Shown: in pieces, positions 18,693-26,623 of the stretch
How positions within the stretch are numbered: position 1 is the stretch's first letter
Layout: each line of letters opens with the position of its first letter
Assembly: GCA_905233925.1 (NCBI GenBank)
Contig: CAJOFV010000003.1
Span: forward strand, 500 to 64,499
From: Paludibacteraceae bacterium
Lineage (GTDB): Bacteria; Bacteroidota; Bacteroidia; Bacteroidales; Paludibacteraceae
Reading direction: 5' to 3'
Length of the DNA: 64,000 nucleotides
The notes under the pieces: model-generated
Database searches by the model: none
What the model saw: the letters and a program-made list of their open reading frames with translations, nothing else
What the model was told of the DNA's origin: nothing
Translations under genes and position numbers: made by a program

Positions 18693-19398
18693 CACCAACG
18701 ACTGGCTGAAGCAGCACCCTGAATGTGATGCTGTTTGGACCACGTGGCAGACAGCGGGACGCGGTCAGGCTGGCAACTCGTGGGAGAGCGAGCAGGGGAA
18801 GAACGTCCTCATGTCGCTGCGCTTCCTGAAACCCTCTGTGGTGGCGGAAGAGCAGTTCCGGATGACGATGGCGGTCAGCTTGGGCGTGCAGCACGTAGTT
18901 GCCAAACTGTTGCCGGAGGAGCAGGTCACCATCAAGTGGCCGAACGATATCTACGTGGGCGACAGGAAGATTTGCGGCATACTGATTGAAAGTACCCTTG
19001 CGGACGGACAGGTAGCCGAAGCAATTGCGGGAATAGGTCTGAATGTGAACCAGACCGCGTGGCAAGCGGGCGCACCCAATCCCGTTTCCGTGAAACAACT
19101 GACCGGCAAGGACTATGACCTGCCGGCCGTCTATGATGCCCTTTGCGAGGCGGTAAACGCCCAAATGGCACTTCTTTCGAAACCGGAAACACTCAAAGAA
19201 CACTATATCTCCGTGCTTTACCGCTTCGGACAAAAGGCGCTTTATGCGCGCCGGGCGGTCAGTCTGACGCCCTCGCGGGTGCTCACAACCATGCCGGACA
19301 ACGCCTTTGAAGGCACCATCACCGACGTGACAGAGCAGGGAGAATTAATCATAAATAACACCAAGTACCACTTCAAGGAAATCCAGTTTGTAGTATGA
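18670..19398 (+). CDS. birA: biotin--[acetyl-CoA-carboxylase] ligase
   Basis: 242 aa with the GRGQAGNSWES motif (GRGRxGRxW type) and KWPNDIY. Confidence 0.85.
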   Translation: MFISQTNSTNDWLKQHPECDAVWTTWQTAGRGQAGNSWESEQGKNVLMSLRFLKPSVVAEEQFRMTMAVSLGVQHVVAKLLPEEQVTIKWPNDIYVGDRKICGILIESTLADGQVAEAIAGIGLNVNQTAWQAGAPNPVSVKQLTGKDYDLPAVYDALCEAVNAQMALLSKPETLKEHYISVLYRFGQKALYARRAVSLTPSRVLTTMPDNAFEGTITDVTEQGELIINNTKYHFKEIQFVV

Positions 19399-20894
19399 AA
19401 AAGCGTGCCCTGTTTATATGCTTTGCGATTCTTGCGGTGCTGTACGGTTGCGAGCCGCACAACGAGCCCGTGAACGAACAGACCGGCAATGACTCTATTG
19501 CGCCAAAGGACAGTACCGTTCTGCCGCCCGATACCATTACGCCTCCGCCGCCACCGCCAGACCCGACGCCGGATGACCCGTCCACGCACCGCGACCTCGC
19601 TTATCTGTTTGATATCGAGGCGGTGCCGCAAATCAAACTGACGCTGACCGAGGCGGACTGGAACACCTATCTTTCCAATTTCGACCAGTGGGAGGATAAT
19701 GGTCTCTATGTGCCTGCCGCGTTCGAGTTCACGAAGAATGGCGTGACCTACACCCGCGACAGCGTGGGACTGCGTCCGCGCGGCAACACAACCCGCCGCC
19801 GTCCCGAGTCCTCCACCGGTCAGAAGCACCAGAACGGTGCTCCCTTCCACCGCGCGCACTTCGGCATACGCTTCACCAAATACGACACCGGCGAGCGCTT
19901 CTTCGGCATGGATCGTATCATCCTCAAATGGACGGCAACAGACCCCTCTTATGTGCGCGAGGCGTTCAGTTATGACCTCTTCCGCCGTTTCGGCGTATGG
20001 TCGGCTCCGTTAGCATCCTTCTGCCGTCTGACCATATACATTCAGGGTGACAGCAAACCAGTCTATATGGGCGTCTATACGATGATTGAGAACCCGCGCA
20101 AGGGCTGGTTGGACGCGCTCTACCACGCGGGCAAAATACCTGACAAGGACGGTAACCTGTGGAAAGCGGGATGGGGCGCAGACCTCAGTTCGGCAGACCA
20201 GAGCAAAATGGGCTTGCAGGACGATTACGGCCTCCGTTATGCCTATAACCTGAAGAGCAACAAGGAGCAACTGGCTGCGGCAAAGGCGGAGCTGTGCGAC
20301 TTCATCAACGGCATGACCCCGCTCAAGTCCGGCAGCACTGAGTTGCAGACCTGGCTCGAACAGCACATGGATGTAGACCTCTTCCTCCGCGCGTATGCGG
20401 TGAACGTGATGGTCGGCATGTGGGATGACTACTGGAAGAACCAGAACAATTTCTATTTCTATTTCGACAGCCAGCACCGCTTCTATTTCGTGCCCTTCGA
20501 CTACGACAACACCCTCGGCACGGGGCAGGACAACTACGGTAATCCGGGCACGGACAATATGCTCACTTGGGGCAGCCTCGAAGGAGACCGCATTCTCATG
20601 CGCAAGGTGATGTCGATAAACGCCTTCAAGGAGAAGTACAAGGCCTATATCAAGCAGATCGCCACCTCTTCAGATCTGATGGAGCCTGCTGCGGCTTCGG
20701 CGCGCGTGGCGCACATGCAGAGCCTTATACGCGATTACATCACCAACGACACCGGCGAGGACAACGTCATGCAGGACCGTCCCGCCACCTGGAGCTCCTG
20801 CCCGAATTACCGGCTGCTGACCGGCGGGGTAGGAAACGGCAAGAACAGCGAGTCGAACTTCTTCAAAACGAAGGCGGCATCCATAACCTGGTAA
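19395..20894 (+). CDS. CotH kinase-family lipoprotein
   Basis: 499 aa with lipobox VLYGC and a proline-rich linker PPPPPPDPTPDDP. The CotH-like core includes WDDYWKNQNNFYFYFD...FVPFDYDNTLG. Its start overlaps the birA stop (ATGA at 19395-19398). Confidence 0.8.
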   Translation: MKKRALFICFAILAVLYGCEPHNEPVNEQTGNDSIAPKDSTVLPPDTITPPPPPPDPTPDDPSTHRDLAYLFDIEAVPQIKLTLTEADWNTYLSNFDQWEDNGLYVPAAFEFTKNGVTYTRDSVGLRPRGNTTRRRPESSTGQKHQNGAPFHRAHFGIRFTKYDTGERFFGMDRIILKWTATDPSYVREAFSYDLFRRFGVWSAPLASFCRLTIYIQGDSKPVYMGVYTMIENPRKGWLDALYHAGKIPDKDGNLWKAGWGADLSSADQSKMGLQDDYGLRYAYNLKSNKEQLAAAKAELCDFINGMTPLKSGSTELQTWLEQHMDVDLFLRAYAVNVMVGMWDDYWKNQNNFYFYFDSQHRFYFVPFDYDNTLGTGQDNYGNPGTDNMLTWGSLEGDRILMRKVMSINAFKEKYKAYIKQIATSSDLMEPAAASARVAHMQSLIRDYITNDTGEDNVMQDRPATWSSCPNYRLLTGGVGNGKNSESNFFKTKAASITW

Positions 20895-20913
20895 ACAACA
20901 AATATAAACATAT

Positions 20914-22047
20914 ATGCAATCCATTATCATCACCGGCGGCGCCGGCTTCATCGGCAGCCATGTTGTACGGCTTTTCGTGAACAAGTACCCCGAGTACCGC
21001 ATTATCAATGTGGACAAACTCACGTATGCGGGTAATCTGACGAACCTGAAGGACATCGAGGACAAACCCAACTACCGCTTTGTCAAGGCGGATATATGCG
21101 ATTTTGACACCATCTACGCCCTCATGCAGCAGGAGCACGTCACCGGCGTTATCCACTTGGCGGCGGAGAGTCATGTAGACCGCTCCATCAAGGACCCCTT
21201 TACCTTTGCGCGGACGAACGTACTCGGTACGCTCAGCATGCTGCAGGCGGCGAAACTGTACTGGGAAAGCCTGCCGGAGAAGTACGAGGGCAAGCGTTTC
21301 TACCATATCTCCACCGACGAGGTCTATGGTGCTTTGCAACTCACGCACCCCGAGGGACTGGAGTCGCCCTTCACGACCACCGCTTCCTCTGCGGAGCACC
21401 ACTACGCTTATGGTGAGGATTTCTTTGAGGAAACAACGAAGTACAATCCCCACAGTCCTTACAGCGCGTCGAAGGCCTCGTCCGACCACTTTGTGCGGGC
21501 GTTCCACGACACGTATGGTATGCCGACCATCGTGACCAACTGCTCGAACAACTACGGACCCTACCAGTTCCCCGAGAAGCTTATTCCGCTCTTCATCAAT
21601 AACATCCGTCACCGCAAACCCCTGCCTGTCTATGGCAAGGGCGAGAACGTGCGGGACTGGCTCTTTGTCGAAGACCATGCACGGGCGATTGACCTCATTT
21701 TCCACAAGGGTAAAGTGGCGGAGACTTATAATATCGGCGGCTTCAACGAGTGGAAGAACATTGATATCATCAAAGTTGTAATCAAGACGGTTGACCGTCT
21801 TCTCGGGCGCAAGGAAGGCGAAGATATGGATTTGATTACGTTTGTGACGGACCGTGCGGGACACGACATGCGCTATGCAATAGACAGCCGGAAACTAAAG
21901 GAAGAACTCGGCTGGGAGCCGAGCCTGCAGTTCGAGGAGGGCATTGAGCGCACCGTCCGGTGGTACTTGGACAACCAGCCGTGGCTTGACAACATCACTT
22001 CCGGCGAGTACGAGAAATACTACGAATCCATGTATGCCAACCGATAA
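20914..22047 (+). CDS. rfbB: dTDP-glucose 4,6-dehydratase
   Basis: 377 aa starting IIITGGAGFIGSH, with YSASKASSDH (YxxxK) and a typical RmlB C-terminus. Confidence 0.95.
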   Translation: MQSIIITGGAGFIGSHVVRLFVNKYPEYRIINVDKLTYAGNLTNLKDIEDKPNYRFVKADICDFDTIYALMQQEHVTGVIHLAAESHVDRSIKDPFTFARTNVLGTLSMLQAAKLYWESLPEKYEGKRFYHISTDEVYGALQLTHPEGLESPFTTTASSAEHHYAYGEDFFEETTKYNPHSPYSASKASSDHFVRAFHDTYGMPTIVTNCSNNYGPYQFPEKLIPLFINNIRHRKPLPVYGKGENVRDWLFVEDHARAIDLIFHKGKVAETYNIGGFNEWKNIDIIKVVIKTVDRLLGRKEGEDMDLITFVTDRAGHDMRYAIDSRKLKEELGWEPSLQFEEGIERTVRWYLDNQPWLDNITSGEYEKYYESMYANR

Positions 22048-22075
22048 GGCAAAGCGGACAACAACGCACCACGAA

Positions 22076-22110
22076 ACAGAAACGGCACCCGAAAGGATGC
22101 CGTTTTCTGT
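22076..22110. terminator. hairpin between convergent rfbB and the minus-strand genes
   Basis: acagaaacggca (22076-22087) pairs with tgccgttttctgt (22098-22110) with one bulged T. An inner ccc-gaaa-gg closes the loop. The flanking T-tract is weak. Confidence 0.5.
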
Positions 22111-22291
22111 ATATAACGCTTGTAAGGCGGGTTATTGACCGATAATAGGCGTTGTACTGATGCTACTGGTTGAACCGCCAAGACCTAAATTCGGACTGCC
22201 ATAAAGCAGTTGTGTCATAGCTACCATCGTATAACTTTGCACGCTCGGTGCGCAATATTGTTTCTTTTGCATAGTTGTTTCCTCCGAATTA

Positions 22292-25200
22292 TTATTTAAC
22301 AATTTGACCGGTTACATTATACATCTGATTATTGTGGATGATATATAACTGACCATCAATAAGCACTTTGCGGGTATCAGCATTTTCAAGGCCAACAACT
22401 TCAATCGAAGTCGGTGTTGAGCGAACACCCAAAAGCTTCATGTGACTCGGCGCCATTGACGGATTGCTCATTACAGGCACATCGTTCCAAGCCACGTATG
22501 CGCAATATGGACCAGCGTAAGCTTCGCTATCCACGAAGTAGAGCAAGTTATTATAAAGGATATAGTTATTATCATTATCCAGAACGAGCAAGTTGGTTGC
22601 GGTTGCGTTACCCACTAATCCGAGGTTGCTATATGTAGCGGAAGGATTTTCTGCTGGCAGATAGTGTATATTCAGTTCGCTACCGTTTGCCAAGAAGAAG
22701 TACGGTTTGCCTGCCACCATACGTGACTCAGGTTCGAGATAAAGTCCTTTACCTTCCTCTTTACCGGCAATACTATATACGGTTGCGCCGGTCACAGTCG
22801 CAATGGTATTATCCTCTAACGGCAAGCAGATTGTGCCATAACGTCCCGAAACAGTCTCGCGGGTATAGTTAACAACAGGAGCACAAGTAGCATCACAATC
22901 GTTTTCTGTGAACATATACGTTTTAGCAGGTTCGCCGGACACGTTAATCACTCCGTGCCATGCAGCACACTCATCAGCAACGGGGTCTGCATCAGTATAA
23001 GCAAAATCACCGGTCTGCATAGCGTCAGCGCCTGTACCATTATTGAAAATAACCGTTCCACCTTTGCTTACTACGTACGAATACCATCCTTCTGCATCAG
23101 GTGTAAGTTCTGCACCCGGCCACTCGTCGCCAACTGTTCCATATTCATTGTACTGGTAGCCATATACATGTGCAAGCGGTAAGCACGGACGGAAGCGCTT
23201 CTCTCCGGCAAGTCCTTCCCACGCGGCAAAGTCATTGACAGAAATCGTGCAGTTCTTTGCGGTGGTGATGTCAAGGAGTTGACGATAATCTCCCTCTTGC
23301 CCCTCACCAGGACCATTGTTGTTGAAGATAAGGTGCATCTGTATTGCAGCATCTGCAGGTGCCTCATAGTCATAGACATTATAGGTAACACCATCAATAG
23401 TAGCTGTATTATCCGGTGTTAACTGACCCGGCCATCCGCCGAAGAAGTCCTTATCCCCCCAAGCATATACATAAAAATCAGTCCATCCTACATATTCACG
23501 AACATAGAGGTGATAAGTTACATCAGCAGATGCGGGATCGCATTCGGCCAATGTAGCATACCATGCGCCGTTGTAGTAGTACGGGGTTGCCTCATCAAAT
23601 GTCAAGTCTCCTGTTTGGTTTGCACCATTGTCACTGAAGATAATATTGCTATATCTATTTTTAGCGATTATTATGGAGTAAACACCATAACTATGCCCGG
23701 CTGTTGCATCACCTGTGGCAGTCATAGCTTCTCCTGGCCAAGCAGCATTCTTGATATCACCGGTACCGTAAGCGTAAGCCGTCGGATTTGTCCAAGCGTC
23801 TTTATTGATGAAGTAGAGGGTAAGGGGTGCGTAAACCGCTACCTCTTTCGTTGCCGCTACACTACCCTCGTCACCGGTTGCGGTTACCTTGAAAGTATAG
23901 GTACCTGCCGATGCAAAAGTATAAGGATTGGTTGCCAGAGCAGCGAATTCGCCGTCGTTTATCTTGAGCTGATATACGTAGGACGGGTTCGTCAAGTTAG
24001 AGGATGCACCTACAGTAACTACGTCTCCCACGAATTGGGAAGCAGCCAAGCCAGTGAGTGCCACAGACAGAGCTTCCGGATATTCCACGCTAAGTGTATT
24101 GGTAGCGTATGTCCAAGTAAAGGTGTAGTCTCCGGTAGCATCAGCAACGAAGGTGCAGTTGCTTGTATTACCTGCCGGAATAGCGGCAGAATTATTGAAG
24201 CGATCGAAGGCAGAACCATTGGAGCGCCAATCGCCATCAACCTTAACACCGAATTCGTATGAATTGCCTTGGCTAATCGTCATTGTCAGAGAAGCCGTAG
24301 CGTTGCCTGAAGCAACAGTAAAGTCGGCACTTGATTCCCATTCAGGATTAGTCAAGTTACTGTGTAATGCTATTGTAGGAGGCGGCGGTACTATTGTCGT
24401 CCAAGAATAAGAAGCACCATCAGCGGCAACTACAACACAGTTATTCCCTGTACCTGGAATGATAAAGTTCTGATTTGCCCAATCTGTTTTCTCTGTTTTG
24501 ATAAAGACTTGATTCGTTATCCATTTGACATTTGCAGTAAAGGTAACCGGAATAACTGTTCCTGCTCCATCTCCTTTCCAACCAAGAGTAGCTTCGTTAG
24601 CATTTGGATAATTAACGCCCGTCGCACCCTCGGTCATTGCAGTAAAGTCAATATAGATAGTTGTACCATTTGTAAAGGTATAAGAAGGCGTAGGAGTAAA
24701 GGTTGACCAAGTTGCTTCCGTTGAGTTCTGAGCGAATGAATTGACATAATTATTAGCATCAGTTCCAATTAATGAAATATGGTCAGTATGTCCCCAATCT
24801 TCTGATACGTTACTTGGATTATGACGAGAGAATTGAACTGACTTATATGCTCCAGCTTCAGGAATATATGCATAAACGCTTCCTTCTTCCAAAACTCCGG
24901 TAACTACAATTGTACTCTCGTCACTTTTTGTAAAGGTAGCTTTCTGAACGGCACCTGCATCTAACCACCAGCTGACTGCTGCCCCGTTGAGATATATCGG
25001 AGTGGAGCCATCAAACGAACGATAAGTTGAAGCTGAAATTGCTACCGTTACCGCCTCCGCCGGCATTGTGAACGAATATACATTATTCACACCTTCTACA
25101 GCAACACCATTTACAGTGACAGCCAAGAAGTAATTAGCATCCGGCGTAGCCGTAAAGTTAATGGTAGCATCGGTGTTTCCAGTAGCCGGATTGCCTCCAG

Positions 25201-26425
25201 CAAGTGTGTAATGTGAAGGAGATGCAGGATAGATTATATTATATGACAATGCTGTTGGAGTAACAGTTATAGCAACATCGTTATCCGGCATTGTGAAACT
25301 ATAGGTATTACCATTCTTTGTGATAGTAGCATCTGAGCTCGTAACCTCAACAGTATATCCCTCGAATGGAGTAACAGTAAATTCAACTGTTTCTCCTGTT
25401 AATTCAGAACCGGGTAATGAACCATACGTCCATTTAGTGGCGGTTGTGGCAGTTATATTGTGCGAACCAGCGGCAGGAGGATTAACTGTTAATGTAGCCG
25501 AATTAGTGGATACTAAATAAATATGGCCATCCGTTGCAAGGGCTTTAATGGTATAGGAGCCTTGTGCGAGACTGCTTGTGCTTGATGGGTCAAACACCGA
25601 CCACGTTGTTCCGTCTATAGAAATATAATAGTGCTCCAAAGTATAGGATAATCCTAATCCAGAAGTTCCGCTAACTGTAGAAGTAACCGTAACAGAAGCA
25701 TCGCCTTGATTCATTGAATAAGAGGTCGAGCCTAATGTACAAACAAAAGAACTATTCTGGGTGACATCTCCACTCATATCAGCAAAACAGCCTGCTGCCA
25801 ACCCTGTTTTTTCATTACCAGACCATGTATTGTTATTAGAAAGTCTATAATTGGCTGAAGAATTAAGGGGATACAAACCTACCGCAGAATACGACCCTGA
25901 TTTCCATTCTTGTGCATATCCACTTAATGCGTATCCATTTTCATCCGGAGTCTTATTTTCTAATAAAAAGTACATTGTTCGATTAGTCCATCCTGTTGGA
26001 GAACCATAGTAGAACATAACTTTTGCACCATTCAACACATCAAATTTAGGGTCTGATACTACAATCCAAACTTTAGTTGAGTTACACCAAACTGTAACAT
26101 TTTGCAAAGATGAAGTCGTAAAACATATATTATTATCATTACCCTCGGTTAATGTTACATTTGATGCTGCTTCATCACGAGCTGCATAGTTTAGTTGATT
26201 GTCCCAACCTCCATCCATTGTAACTTTTAATGCAATAGAATTAGCGGGCACAGCAAAGTAAGTGCGAAAATATGATCCATCGCCAGCGTCAGTCATTAGC
26301 TCTTTGTTATTACTCCATGTATAGCCGCCTAATTCGGCGCTATGCGCAACGTAATAATCAGTTGCTTGTACAACGATTGTGCTGCTATAGAGGATAGCAA
26401 GCATAAAAAAGATTAGTTTTCTCAT
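22292..26425 (-). CDS. 1377-aa secreted multi-domain starch-binding surface protein (InlB B-repeat-like modules, at least three WPG-type starch-binding modules, conserved C-terminal tail)
   Basis: ATG 26425 gives MRKLIFFMLAILYSSTIVVQA; codon 26461 in the ORF track is TTG. There are repeats of the type FEGYTVEVTSSDATITKNGNTYSFTMPDNDVAITV. Modules include AYAYGTGDIKNAAWPGEAM, VYAWGDKDFFGGWPGQL and GTVGDEWPGAEL. The tail is KVLIDGQLYIIHNNQMYNVTGQIVK. Confidence 0.85.
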   Translation of the reverse strand: MRKLIFFMLAILYSSTIVVQATDYYVAHSAELGGYTWSNNKELMTDAGDGSYFRTYFAVPANSIALKVTMDGGWDNQLNYAARDEAASNVTLTEGNDNNICFTTSSLQNVTVWCNSTKVWIVVSDPKFDVLNGAKVMFYYGSPTGWTNRTMYFLLENKTPDENGYALSGYAQEWKSGSYSAVGLYPLNSSANYRLSNNNTWSGNEKTGLAAGCFADMSGDVTQNSSFVCTLGSTSYSMNQGDASVTVTSTVSGTSGLGLSYTLEHYYISIDGTTWSVFDPSSTSSLAQGSYTIKALATDGHIYLVSTNSATLTVNPPAAGSHNITATTATKWTYGSLPGSELTGETVEFTVTPFEGYTVEVTSSDATITKNGNTYSFTMPDNDVAITVTPTALSYNIIYPASPSHYTLAGGNPATGNTDATINFTATPDANYFLAVTVNGVAVEGVNNVYSFTMPAEAVTVAISASTYRSFDGSTPIYLNGAAVSWWLDAGAVQKATFTKSDESTIVVTGVLEEGSVYAYIPEAGAYKSVQFSRHNPSNVSEDWGHTDHISLIGTDANNYVNSFAQNSTEATWSTFTPTPSYTFTNGTTIYIDFTAMTEGATGVNYPNANEATLGWKGDGAGTVIPVTFTANVKWITNQVFIKTEKTDWANQNFIIPGTGNNCVVVAADGASYSWTTIVPPPPTIALHSNLTNPEWESSADFTVASGNATASLTMTISQGNSYEFGVKVDGDWRSNGSAFDRFNNSAAIPAGNTSNCTFVADATGDYTFTWTYATNTLSVEYPEALSVALTGLAASQFVGDVVTVGASSNLTNPSYVYQLKINDGEFAALATNPYTFASAGTYTFKVTATGDEGSVAATKEVAVYAPLTLYFINKDAWTNPTAYAYGTGDIKNAAWPGEAMTATGDATAGHSYGVYSIIIAKNRYSNIIFSDNGANQTGDLTFDEATPYYYNGAWYATLAECDPASADVTYHLYVREYVGWTDFYVYAWGDKDFFGGWPGQLTPDNTATIDGVTYNVYDYEAPADAAIQMHLIFNNNGPGEGQEGDYRQLLDITTAKNCTISVNDFAAWEGLAGEKRFRPCLPLAHVYGYQYNEYGTVGDEWPGAELTPDAEGWYSYVVSKGGTVIFNNGTGADAMQTGDFAYTDADPVADECAAWHGVINVSGEPAKTYMFTENDCDATCAPVVNYTRETVSGRYGTICLPLEDNTIATVTGATVYSIAGKEEGKGLYLEPESRMVAGKPYFFLANGSELNIHYLPAENPSATYSNLGLVGNATATNLLVLDNDNNYILYNNLLYFVDSEAYAGPYCAYVAWNDVPVMSNPSMAPSHMKLLGVRSTPTSIEVVGLENADTRKVLIDGQLYIIHNNQMYNVTGQIVK

Positions 26426-26540
26426 AGGTATAAAATTTTTAAGGTTAATAATGATTGTCAACTATATTGTTGATTTTGACAATTTGTTATTTTTTGGGGT
26501 ATTTTTGTGACATTTTGATACCGAGGTGACGACACCCGAA

Positions 26541-26573
26541 AATCGGCTTCTTGGCGGCTTGATGGCGGCTTCG
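26541..26573. repeat. period-11 degenerate tandem repeat
   Basis: aatcggcttct tggcggcttga tggcggcttcg, in the spacer between the amylase pseudogene and the 1377-aa gene. Confidence 0.7.
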
Positions 26574-26623
26574 AAATTTTTCAATTTTTAACTATCAAAA
26601 TGTTACCAAAAAGGCGTTTTTAC

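Noticed and set aside
1-22047. rfbD, rfbC and rfbB are scattered over 22 kb with rfbA absent, which could indicate a rearranged rhamnose operon.
   Set aside because: To my knowledge, dispersed rml genes are common in Bacteroidales. There is nothing in the sequence itself that points to a recent rearrangement.
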